64,000 bases of DNA, taken from contig JABHQW010000003.1 in assembly GCA_018696595.1 (NCBI GenBank), positions 96,001 to 160,000 on the forward strand, in the 5' to 3' direction. The notes beneath the pieces are model-generated. The model made no database searches and was not told the origin of the DNA. It worked only from the letters and a program-made list of their open reading frames with translations. Below, one piece after another: positions 18,660 to 27,363 of the stretch (its first letter is position 1; each line of letters opens with the position of its first letter). The stretch comes from Candidatus Woesearchaeota archaeon. Its GTDB lineage: Archaea; Nanobdellota; Nanobdellia; Woesearchaeales; GW2011-AR9. The position numbers and the translations under genes were made by a program.

Positions 18660-19199
18660 TTAAACAAGTTCTCTTTTCAGAATCTTATGAGCATTATTGA
18701 TTGCTTTAAACTTCTCTGTACTACCACCAGAAACGTCAGGATGAGCACTCTTAGCCATTTGTTTATAGTTTTGACTAATTAGTTCCAAGTCATTACAATC
18801 TTCTTCAACACCAAGTAATTCACGAGCTTCTTTACGTTTTTCTTCAACATCATCTTCTTCATAAAAGTCAACAGTAAATTGTTCAGGTCTCTTCTCTTCA
18901 TTCAGAATTAAGTTAACTTCAGATTCAATTACTTTTAACACAACATAAAGATTATCAACATACTTCCTGGAACGATTGTAACTGTAATAAAGATGTTGTC
19001 CTTCTAAATACCAAGAAGCTGAAGCTCGTCCTCTTCTAAAAGCCATTGGTGGTAATTCTACATTAATATCATCTTCAGGAATACCAATTTTCTTAAGTAA
19101 AGTAATAATACTATTTTTGAATTGTAATGCTCTTCTGTCGAAGGAATCTCTAATTAAAGGTTCTTTGAATTCATGTCCTTTAACTGTAATGTTAGCCAT
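18660..19199 (-). CDS. protein with C-terminal J-domain (DnaJ-like)
   Basis: ARELLGV...YKQMAKSAHPDVSGGSTEKFKAINNAHKIL (HPD motif); likely start MANITVKG. Confidence 0.8.
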   Translation of the reverse strand: MANITVKGHEFKEPLIRDSFDRRALQFKNSIITLLKKIGIPEDDINVELPPMAFRRGRASASWYLEGQHLYYSYNRSRKYVDNLYVVLKVIESEVNLILNEEKRPEQFTVDFYEEDDVEEKRKEARELLGVEEDCNDLELISQNYKQMAKSAHPDVSGGSTEKFKAINNAHKILKRELV

Positions 19200-19302
19200 T
19201 CCTAGCAAAATCAGTTGTTTGTTTATAAAGTTATACCAAAGATATGCTAATATGAAACCCTCACCATTGCCATCAGGTCAAAATTCCTGCGAAATAATCT
19301 TT

Positions 19303-19345
19303 TAGTGCGTTACGGGGGGTTGTCCCTTACGGGGACGTAGCACTA
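19303..19345. repeat. GC-rich nested hairpin element A (outer TAGTGC/GCACTA; inner GTCCC-TTACG-GGGAC)
   Basis: Read directly; shares the CCCCGTAAGGG core with the element at about 25.33 kb (opposite strand). Confidence 0.6.
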
Positions 19346-19453
19346 TAAAAACAAACTTAAAGAATTTTGAAGGCAAAAAAAGAGGGATTCATATTAGTAT
19401 TAAAGATAACAATAAACAATAACAAATATAAACAACAAACATTTAATTTCCTC

Positions 19454-19741
19454 ATGGAAACTAAACAATGGTTTGTTTACATCTTAGAATGTCATAACGA
19501 TTCTCTTTATACAGGTATCACTAACGATTTAGAGAAACGTATGCTCACTCATAAAAGTGGCAAAGGAAGTAAATATGTTCGTGCAAAAGGTTTCAAAAAA
19601 TTATTACATGCAATTTCTACAACAAACAAAAGTGAAGCAGCTAAGATGGAATATCAAATTAAGCAATTAGAACGAAACGACAAGATTACTTTCTTTATGA
19701 AACACCCAGATTTATTAAATAATCAATCAAAAGAGAATTAA
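19454..19741 (+). CDS. GIY-YIG nuclease (YhbQ/UPF0213-like)
   Basis: WFVYILEC..SLYTGITNDLEKR...H..GKGSKY..., A.KME.QIK; likely start METKQ. Confidence 0.88.
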   Translation: METKQWFVYILECHNDSLYTGITNDLEKRMLTHKSGKGSKYVRAKGFKKLLHAISTTNKSEAAKMEYQIKQLERNDKITFFMKHPDLLNNQSKEN

Positions 19742-19877
19742 AAAATTCTATCTCTGTTAAAACAAAGAAGTTAGAAATACTATTTTTTATGAAATTTAAT
19801 AGAAACTTAATATTTACTTACTAAATAGTGGTTACATTATAGGAACATTTATAAACCCTATATCATTCAAAGAGGTT

Positions 19878-20516
19878 ATGAAAGATTTTAACGATTACTT
19901 GTTACATGTTAAAGAAATGCGAAAGATATTAGCTTCAGAAGAAACTCAACAATTGACTAGAGAAATCCGTTCTAAAGGTAACAAACCAAGATATGTACCC
20001 TCATTTGAATTACCTATATACCCTACGCATGATAATCAGTTGTTATTTACTGATTTGAATGTTGAGGATCTTACATGTATGATGGAAAATTTAGGGTTTA
20101 AGGTTTCTGGAGAAAGGACTTCTGAAAATTCTCGTTGGGATTGGCATACTAAAGGATTATTCAAACAATATTCAATGAGATATGGGGAACAGGGAATTTC
20201 CGCAGCAGTTGGTTATGACCCTGCTACAATCTATTTCGCATCTTTAGACAAAGAAGTGGTTGAAACAACAATAGGGTTAAAAGTTGAATCACCAGAAGTA
20301 GAATTCTTAGGCAAAAGACTTACTCCAGATAATGAACCTCGACTAATTACATCAATACCATTATCCTCATTTGTAACGTTACACCCAAACGATGCAACAC
20401 CTCAGCAAAGTGAAGATGTAGTAATTAAGCTTCTTGAACAAACTGTGGAAAGAAATGCAAATGGTTTTTATGGTGGGTTTAAGTCACAGCGTGGTGTACT
20501 TCATCAAGTTAAATAA
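19878..20516 (+). CDS. hypothetical protein
   Basis: 212-aa ORF with TATA-like element upstream. Confidence 0.65.
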   Translation: MKDFNDYLLHVKEMRKILASEETQQLTREIRSKGNKPRYVPSFELPIYPTHDNQLLFTDLNVEDLTCMMENLGFKVSGERTSENSRWDWHTKGLFKQYSMRYGEQGISAAVGYDPATIYFASLDKEVVETTIGLKVESPEVEFLGKRLTPDNEPRLITSIPLSSFVTLHPNDATPQQSEDVVIKLLEQTVERNANGFYGGFKSQRGVLHQVK

Positions 20517-20558
20517 AGAAAATATAACTTTGTAAACTAATTTCCAAACTGTCATTTT

Positions 20559-22103
20559 CTAAAACTTCTCTAAACTCAACTGTCCTTTCCGAGTCATCTT
20601 AGGTATTTCTCGAACTTCCATTCCAACTTGCTTATGAACATCAACAGCAAGTTTCACACCAATCATTTGTGCTAAACTAGTCAGATCTGTTTTCTTTACA
20701 TCACCAAGATCTTTTATGCCATTAAGAACCATCTTTCTAGCACGAACTCTACCAACGCCCTTCAATTTCAATAAAGGTAACAGATCGGCTTTAACACCGC
20801 TTTTAACACGAATACGAAGTTTATGTAATTCGTTCAATAAATATTTATCATTAGAAGAAACTCTTACTAATTCGGAAGAAGCATAAAACAACCAATTAGC
20901 AACTTCTATCTTAACTCGAATTTCTCCAGGTCGAATATCAAAATTCTCTAACAAAAAATCTTCATTAGTTTCATTAATCCATGCTTCAAAAAACAAGGAA
21001 GTTTTAATTGAATTAATGAATTCATCATATTCTAAATCGAAAGCAGACGGTTCTTCTTTTAATAATTGGTCATAGTTTTTAACTAAACCTTCCTGAATTT
21101 TATCTTGTTCTTTCGCTTTAACCCTTAACAGAGGTCGCATTTCTAAAGTGTGTGAAATCATTTGTAATAAAGAAAATTCATTTTTCTCAGAAGAAAAATT
21201 TGCTAAACAATCTAAAATGTGTCTTGCTGTTAATGGATCTAGATAAAGTTGAGAAACTCTTTTACCAAGCAAAGTTGGTTTCAGTTTCCTAATTTCCTTC
21301 TTACCCTGGTCTAAATCATTAGCAGAAACAAAATCATCTTTAACTCCGCTTTCACCAAAAACTTTAACAAATCCCCATTCATCCAAAAGACCTAACATTT
21401 TTTCCATAATCATTTCCAGTTTTGCAAAATCTTTAAACTGAGATGCCCAGAAAGTTCTTGAAAAGAATTCTTTCATTGATTTGTCATCAGTGATTATTCC
21501 AGAAGAAATTAACGATAATAAATAAGTTCTTAACACCGGTTCAACAGCAAGTTTAGAATAAATATCTTCAGGTTCACCTAAAACATATCTTTCATGAATT
21601 TCATCTTTTTCTTTATCAGTTCTGGCAATTGTAATTGCTTGACCTTCTTTTTCAAATTCAGGGCGACCAGCTCTGCCAGCCATTTGCATATATTCTAAAA
21701 CAGGAATCCAATCCATACCCCAACGACCAGAATACCTTTTTAGAGATTTGATGATTACTCTGTAAGCTGGTAATGAAAGTCCAGCAGCCAAAGTCGGAGT
21801 AGCACAAACAATTTTAATTTTTCCAGATCGAAATTCGTCTTCAACCAGATCTTTCTGTTTTTGCATTAATCCAGCATGATGGAAAGCAACCCCTTTTCTA
21901 ATACAATGAGATAATCTTCGACATTGTTTCGTTGGCGAAGAAGCTGCTTTCAAAACTACTTCTTCCATTTCCGGATGTTGAAAACTTGTTAATTTAGAAA
22001 TATCTTCAGCAGTCTTTTCTGCAGAAGCTCTAGATGCAACAAAAACTATTGCTTGCTTATTCTTTTGCATAGTTTCTACTGCTAATTTCTGAATATCATC
22101 CAT
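20559..22103 (-). CDS. hel308: Hel308/Ski2-like helicase, C-terminal portion only (RecA2, WH, ratchet, HhH); Walker A/B domain absent
   Basis: GVAFHHAGL, ATPTLAAGLSLPA, QMAGRAGRPEF, LLKLKGVGRVRAR; no GxGKT or DExH in the ORF. Confidence 0.8.
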   Translation of the reverse strand: MDDIQKLAVETMQKNKQAIVFVASRASAEKTAEDISKLTSFQHPEMEEVVLKAASSPTKQCRRLSHCIRKGVAFHHAGLMQKQKDLVEDEFRSGKIKIVCATPTLAAGLSLPAYRVIIKSLKRYSGRWGMDWIPVLEYMQMAGRAGRPEFEKEGQAITIARTDKEKDEIHERYVLGEPEDIYSKLAVEPVLRTYLLSLISSGIITDDKSMKEFFSRTFWASQFKDFAKLEMIMEKMLGLLDEWGFVKVFGESGVKDDFVSANDLDQGKKEIRKLKPTLLGKRVSQLYLDPLTARHILDCLANFSSEKNEFSLLQMISHTLEMRPLLRVKAKEQDKIQEGLVKNYDQLLKEEPSAFDLEYDEFINSIKTSLFFEAWINETNEDFLLENFDIRPGEIRVKIEVANWLFYASSELVRVSSNDKYLLNELHKLRIRVKSGVKADLLPLLKLKGVGRVRARKMVLNGIKDLGDVKKTDLTSLAQMIGVKLAVDVHKQVGMEVREIPKMTRKGQLSLEKF

Positions 22104-22166
22104 TTATAGCTAGGATAGAAGGGAATATATTAAGTTAATGGTTAGAAAAGAAAAAAAGAAAAAAAA

Positions 22167-23288
22167 TCAAATTCTTACCTTAACCTTGTAACCTTTAGAC
22201 CTTAAATCAGTAATCAACTCTTCAGGCCCACGTGCATCCCCCAGTTCGTTTTGCATACATACTGCAGCTTTGTAATTACCACCAACCCCTGGTCTTGCTG
22301 CCAAATCTTCGATGTTAATCATTGGCCGCAAGATATCTCTTAACTCAGTCCGTTCTCTATTGGTTACAATGATCCTCGTTTCAGGCAAAGCCAAACGAAT
22401 TATCCCATGATAAGCAATGTAACTAAGATCATCTACAGGATTTGGTGTAGCAAAACAATGGTTAGGTATTTTTTGATGCCTAGGTATTGAAATACTTTGA
22501 GGAAACTTTCCTGAAATCTCTTTGATATGATATGCATGAGCAATTAAAGATAAAATCTCATAATCATGCCCGCCATCGTTACAATTCAATCCCAACAATG
22601 TTCCAATACCCACTTCATCAAAACCTGCTTCTAATGCTCTTTCTTGTGCATTAACCCGAAACTCAAAATTCTTTTTAGGTCCTGAAGGATGATGACCACC
22701 ATATGTTACAGGATCGTAAGATTCTTGAAATACCCTAAATTGTAACTGATGATCAATTCCTGCCCTGATCTTTTGGAAATCACTAACACTCATCGGTGCA
22801 ACATTAAAGTTAATCCGTTCAAGTTTCCCTAAACAATCACTTCTCTTAGCAATATTTCCAGCCATTACTAAAAATTCTGGTGTTACAACTCTTGGATCTT
22901 CTCCTGCAAGAATACAAATTTCTGCTGGTCCGTACTTTAACACTTGATCAAAGTCTTGTTCCATTTCTTTTGCTGTCAAAACACTTCTTTCTTGAGGAAG
23001 TTCTTGATTATGGCCACAGTAGTTACAACTATTGATACAAAAGTCTGATAAATAACTTACAGCATAGAAATCAATCTCTTTAGCATACATCTTTTCATTA
23101 AGCTTTTTTGCTTTTTCCATAATCTCTGCAAAAAATAAAGCTTTATGTTTTAAGACTGCAGCAAGTTCTTCTACCATAAAGATTCCATCTTGAGCTTTTT
23201 CAGTTATTCTGTCAACAGAAACATTCTCAACATTGGCACTATCAAGAATTTTAGGCAATCCCACAAGTTTATCAACTAAACTAACCAT
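22167..23288 (-). CDS. radical SAM aromatic amino-acid lyase family protein (ThiH/HydG/NosL-like)
   Basis: YLSDFCINSCNYCG (CxxxCxxC), FRVFQESYD, RVNAQERALEAGFDEVGIGTLLGL; 8-nt overlap with the upstream gene. Confidence 0.8.
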   Translation of the reverse strand: MVSLVDKLVGLPKILDSANVENVSVDRITEKAQDGIFMVEELAAVLKHKALFFAEIMEKAKKLNEKMYAKEIDFYAVSYLSDFCINSCNYCGHNQELPQERSVLTAKEMEQDFDQVLKYGPAEICILAGEDPRVVTPEFLVMAGNIAKRSDCLGKLERINFNVAPMSVSDFQKIRAGIDHQLQFRVFQESYDPVTYGGHHPSGPKKNFEFRVNAQERALEAGFDEVGIGTLLGLNCNDGGHDYEILSLIAHAYHIKEISGKFPQSISIPRHQKIPNHCFATPNPVDDLSYIAYHGIIRLALPETRIIVTNRERTELRDILRPMINIEDLAARPGVGGNYKAAVCMQNELGDARGPEELITDLRSKGYKVKVRI

Positions 23289-24234
23289 CTTCAATCACCT
23301 TAAATTCCTGATGAAACTTTTTTGGATCTTTAATATCAAGAAACTCACCACCATTGTACGGAGTTATGGGTTCATTTACATCCTGGAAGAAAACGTCTGT
23401 GTAAACAATGAAACCATCCAAGTCTGATTCTACTTTCATTGGCGTAACAAAATCTCTTTCAAATCTTCTTACTTGAGATTTCCCATCACTGTAAACATTT
23501 GCTCCAGGAAGATCAACCACTAAGTGATCAATCTTATTAGTCCTTAGTGCCTCTACTAAATTCTGAAAAATCCCTGGCATTCTTGTTCCAAAATTTGGCC
23601 CACGGGTATGAAACTCCATTAAATCTCTACCCAAAAAGTAATTGATCCCAGTAACTATGTCTTTAGGAGTTTTCTCAAACATTGCTGAATCAAAAGTGTA
23701 AACTAGTTTCTCATCTTTTTTGATTACAACCCCAAAATCTTGTTGTACATGACAACTCATGTAATGTAATGCGTCATGACCTACAATCTTGTCAAGAATG
23801 TTTGTCTCAGTAATTATCCCTTGCTCGTTAAAAACAAAGTAACCCCTCTCTGGAATGGTCACTTTAAGATTTCCTTGAACCGCTTCATCTTTCTCAACTA
23901 TTGCATTTTCATGCAAAAGTGCCAATGACGTTGCAGTTATTACTGAATCCCTACTTTGTTTATCTTTCTCAAATTGTCCAACACTAAATTCTAATTTCTC
24001 CCCTAACATTTCAGAAAGTTTTAAAGCATACTCAACATCAGAAGACAACCTAACAGGAGTAATTGGTGTTGGTGTTAAAGGTACAACTAATCCTCCATTT
24101 ACTGTATCCTCTAAACTTCTTTCCAATGCAGATATACTTGCATGTGGGTTATGAATTACATTTAAGTATAGTGCACTGACATTCTTTTCAGCAGGTAATT
24201 CATTAATTTTAATAGTCCTAAATCTATTTGACAT
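23281..24234 (-). CDS. hypothetical protein co-transcribed with the ThiH-like enzyme
   Basis: GGAGG SD before MSNRFRT; overlaps the downstream gene. Confidence 0.7.
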   Translation of the reverse strand: MSNRFRTIKINELPAEKNVSALYLNVIHNPHASISALERSLEDTVNGGLVVPLTPTPITPVRLSSDVEYALKLSEMLGEKLEFSVGQFEKDKQSRDSVITATSLALLHENAIVEKDEAVQGNLKVTIPERGYFVFNEQGIITETNILDKIVGHDALHYMSCHVQQDFGVVIKKDEKLVYTFDSAMFEKTPKDIVTGINYFLGRDLMEFHTRGPNFGTRMPGIFQNLVEALRTNKIDHLVVDLPGANVYSDGKSQVRRFERDFVTPMKVESDLDGFIVYTDVFFQDVNEPITPYNGGEFLDIKDPKKFHQEFKVIEDG

Positions 24235-24508
24235 TTTATTATTCCTCCAAATCTGTTTTGTTAATTTATTTATTTCAAGAACCAACAACCAATTTTCTTT
24301 TTCCTTTTTGTTAAAAAGTTTAGCTTCTTAATTAAGTAAAAAATTATAAGGGCTGATTAAATAATCACCAATAGAAATAGTTAAAACTAACACAATTGTC
24401 CTCGACAAAATTGTTTAGTTTAGTTTTCATTATAGGTAGGAATGTAAAAGAATATAAAAACTTTTCTATAAAAAAATCAAAAAAAACACGGAAAAAGAAA
24501 GAAAAAAA

Positions 24509-25036
24509 CTATTTCTTTTTAGGTGGATAACTTTTCTTAGGAGAATAATTCTTCTTAGCGGGTGACTTAAACACAAACCAGTCTTCTTTAGTTATCGGAT
24601 GAAAGTAGTCCGCTTCATTAATTAGAATTCTAGCAGTTGTTTCTCTAACAGCAGCAATCTCTACACGAACACCTTCAGATTTTAGATGAGTAACTAAATC
24701 AACATAATCTGAATCGCCAGACATAATAATAATTGTATCAACTTTAGAAGCTAATTGTGTGGCTTTAATAGATAACGGAATGTCTGCAGATTTGTGACAA
24801 GGTACAACAGAACCGTAATATTGGTTATGTAATCTCTCTGCTAACTTATCAGAAATATTTTTTCCTTCCCGGAAATAGATTAATCTATTTAACCCTCTCT
24901 CATTAAGTAACTTAGGAATTAGTTTGTCAAAATTCACCATTGCGCTAGTGTTTTTAGCAATGTCATGAATACTTCTTTCTACATTATTACCATCACAAAG
25001 AATTGCTACGGACTGATTAATTTGAATTTTTGTCAT
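24509..25036 (-). CDS. NYN domain (LabA/DUF88, PIN-like) protein
   Basis: ILCDGNN, ADIPLSI, MSGDSDYVDLV, GVRVEI, L...ADYF. Confidence 0.88.
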   Translation of the reverse strand: MTKIQINQSVAILCDGNNVERSIHDIAKNTSAMVNFDKLIPKLLNERGLNRLIYFREGKNISDKLAERLHNQYYGSVVPCHKSADIPLSIKATQLASKVDTIIIMSGDSDYVDLVTHLKSEGVRVEIAAVRETTARILINEADYFHPITKEDWFVFKSPAKKNYSPKKSYPPKKK

Positions 25037-25061
25037 AATTACCACCTCAACTTAAAAAAAA

Positions 25062-25208
25062 TTATTTCTTTTCTTCTTTTTCTTTCTCTTTCTGATACTT
25101 CACGTAATTTTTCTTACACTTATCACAAATAACTGGCTGTCTACTCTCAACAGCTACCCAAACGTCTTTACAAACTCTACATTTCTTCTTAAACTTTAAT
25201 TTTGCCAT
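25062..25208 (-). CDS. unannotated 48-aa zinc-ribbon microprotein (MAKLKFKKKCRVCKDVWVAVESRQPVICDKCKKNYVKYQKEKEKEEKK)
   Basis: Translated by hand; CxxC-x14-CxxC. Confidence 0.7.
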   Translation of the reverse strand: MAKLKFKKKCRVCKDVWVAVESRQPVICDKCKKNYVKYQKEKEKEEKK

Positions 25209-25283
25209 ATATCTATTAATTTATTCCTTTATATAAGTCTTTGTGTTTATATAATCAATTAATACAAACATCAACGTAAATTT

Positions 25284-25403
25284 TGAATAGCACAGGTTCG
25301 CTTCTCCTATGTATAATAAGAATGCGGTCCCCCCCGTAAGGGGCACCACCCACCGCACACAAATGTTTGTTCTATTAGAACGCTCACAAATTGGTGCTAT
25401 TCA
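25284..25403. ncRNA. candidate structured RNA or MITE-like element (120 nt, 10-bp terminal inverted repeat, three internal hairpins)
   Basis: TGAATAGCAC (25284-25293) / GTGCTATTCA (25394-25403); internal CGCTTCT..AGAATGCG, TGCGGT..CCCC-GTAA-GGGG..ACCGCA, GTTCT-ATT-AGAAC. Confidence 0.45.
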
Positions 25404-25531
25404 TTAAAGTCTTCTGTTTATAATTTAGAAGTTAACACATAGTTTTATAAAAGAAAGACGTATTTTAGGTGTATCAATACAAGTATGAGTACCAGTATGA
25501 GTATTATTTAATTTAGGAGGAAAACATCAAA

Positions 25532-25726
25532 ATGGAAGGAACAATCAAATGGTTTGACACCACAAAAGGATTTGGTTTCATTCACTGCGAAGAAGAAGGA
25601 AAAGACTTTTTTGTCCATCATAGCGCTTTGCCAGAAGGAATGCAATTAAATGAAGGAGATAAAGTTACTTTTGACCCAGTCGAAACCGAAAAAGGCGTTC
25701 AAGCACAAAACGTTAAACTAGTTTAA
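25532..25726 (+). CDS. cspA: cold-shock domain protein
   Basis: GTIKWFDTTKGFGFI...FFVHHS...LNEGDKVTF...G.QA.NV; GGAGG SD. Confidence 0.93.
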   Translation: MEGTIKWFDTTKGFGFIHCEEEGKDFFVHHSALPEGMQLNEGDKVTFDPVETEKGVQAQNVKLV

Positions 25727-25816
25727 TCATTATTATAATTCAATTATAATTCTAATTATTCAAATTTCTTTTTTTTATCTTTTTTTCTCAACTTCTAGAA
25801 ATACTTAATGCATCAT

Positions 25817-26200
25817 CTAATCAAAATATTCAACATCATCAGTTGTTATTTCAATAACTTTTCTTTCTTTTCTAAAAGTACTTGTTTGGTTAGAAAAAGT
25901 TGGTTTGGGTTTATCCTCAAGAACATCTTCAATCTTATTTTTGGTAGTAATAGTTTTAATTTCCAAAGCCTTACTTTGATTAACGTTACCACAATTGATA
26001 CAATTAAAATAAGTTCCAAATTTACCTGCACGAGGTTCTAACCAAGAGCCGCAAGTACACTTAAAGTCTTGTAAAACACTTTTAGTGTGCATTCTACAAA
26101 CATCTATTCCTTGCTCATTCTTTTGCGTGGCAACACCATTACAGAAAGGGCACATTGCTCTTTTATAATTACCATAACTTTTCTTCGCTTTGAATCCCAT
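25817..26200 (-). CDS. multi-Cys zinc-finger protein (topoisomerase C4-like)
   Basis: CPFC...CRMH, CTCG...GKFGTYFNCINCG. Confidence 0.7.
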   Translation of the reverse strand: MGFKAKKSYGNYKRAMCPFCNGVATQKNEQGIDVCRMHTKSVLQDFKCTCGSWLEPRAGKFGTYFNCINCGNVNQSKALEIKTITTKNKIEDVLEDKPKPTFSNQTSTFRKERKVIEITTDDVEYFD

Positions 26201-26242
26201 TAAAGAAATAAAAAAATTATGCTTTATATTATTAACGGTTTA

Positions 26243-27346
26243 TTATTTTTCTTGATCTAACAATTTGCTTAACAAACGATAACGATTATTTTTCCAAGGA
26301 GCATCTTTAGGACCACGAACAAAAGGATTCACCCAATTCTTTACCACTCCATCATTAGTGTGATATCTTTGAAAGTGACCACGAACAATTTCTCTATAAT
26401 CCATCGTTCTTGGTTCAATATCATCAGTTTTAGGATAAGTAGTAGTTCTTTTAATATCAATCCAATGAACTGGTTTTAATTGCCTTAATGGCTCTTTTCC
26501 TTTTTTTACTCTTCTTCTATTTATCCTAGTTACATCTGTTCTGGACTTCTTAACAATCGTAATATTATGTGCATTAATATAATCAATTATATTAACACAA
26601 AGATCTATTAATTTAAAATAAGGTTCTTCTTCTATCATTAAGTCTAATTTTACACCAGAACATTCAGTTACACAGAAATCCATACCTCTCCCTTTCTTTA
26701 AATCTTCACCTACAAAACTAAGATGATAAGGTAAATCAAATCGATTCATACCTTCAAAAAATAATCCTGCATAAAATAAATCATTGTTCACTATTTTTTC
26801 TAGAAGTTCCCTTTTCATTTCATCGTCTTCAACATCTGGATCAGACATTAACACATTAGTAACTGGACAAATATCTTCCATTTTTCCAAAAAGAATTCCT
26901 TTTAATGGTGCTTCTACACCTTTTTGCATTTCAAAAGGAACAGCTTCATTCAATTCAAAAAACATTACGTCAAAAGGCAAATAATCTAAAGCATCATAAT
27001 TTGTTTGTGGTTGTTCTAAAAAATACAAGCTATCCACAACAGCGCCATTTAGAAGTATTAATTTTGAAGAATCTAAAGAAGAACTTAAATCTTTTCTTAA
27101 TCTTGCTTCATATTCCAAATCAGGTTGCCCTTCAATTTTTACAGGTGAACGTTTACTATGTTCAGATTCTTTTCTAGGTGTATCTTCTGTAGGCTCTTCA
27201 CTATACCAATTAATCAGATCATCTAATAACATACGTTTTGCTTTTGACATAAAGTCAAAATCTATTTTTCTTTTATAAACCTTACGCCCATTAACTACTG
27301 AAAGATAACGATTATCAATTAAAACAGTAATCTTTATATCTACCAA
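26243..27346 (-). CDS. hypothetical protein with phage-type C-terminal RGH..W.P motif
   Basis: REIVRGHFQRYHTNDGVVKNWVNPFVRGP. Confidence 0.6.
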   Translation of the reverse strand: MVDIKITVLIDNRYLSVVNGRKVYKRKIDFDFMSKAKRMLLDDLINWYSEEPTEDTPRKESEHSKRSPVKIEGQPDLEYEARLRKDLSSSLDSSKLILLNGAVVDSLYFLEQPQTNYDALDYLPFDVMFFELNEAVPFEMQKGVEAPLKGILFGKMEDICPVTNVLMSDPDVEDDEMKRELLEKIVNNDLFYAGLFFEGMNRFDLPYHLSFVGEDLKKGRGMDFCVTECSGVKLDLMIEEEPYFKLIDLCVNIIDYINAHNITIVKKSRTDVTRINRRRVKKGKEPLRQLKPVHWIDIKRTTTYPKTDDIEPRTMDYREIVRGHFQRYHTNDGVVKNWVNPFVRGPKDAPWKNNRYRLLSKLLDQEK

Positions 27347-27363
27347 ACAAATTTCTAACTAAC

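Noticed and set aside
19250-19345. Hammerhead ribozyme
   Set aside because: CTGATG and GAAA fall on opposite strands and the CUGANGA core is incomplete.
22104-22166. Frameshifted N-terminus of Hel308
   Set aside because: The upstream DNA is a short T/A-rich spacer with a TATA box, followed directly by the ThiH-like gene; no helicase motifs in any frame.
24290-24440. TPP or other riboswitch upstream of the ThiH-like operon
   Set aside because: An imperfect hairpin exists (AAAACTAA...TTAGTTTT), but the TPP consensus (CUGAGA; GNUAAU) is absent. It is more likely a terminator for the NYN gene.
25284-25403. 5S rRNA, SRP RNA or tRNA identity for the structured element
   Set aside because: It lacks the conserved 5S loop sequences, the SRP helix 8 motif and the TΨC/anticodon arm geometry.
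25482-25503. AGTATGAGTA tandem direct repeat in the csp 5' UTR
   Set aside because: Only two short copies; could be a regulatory site but is too weak to call.
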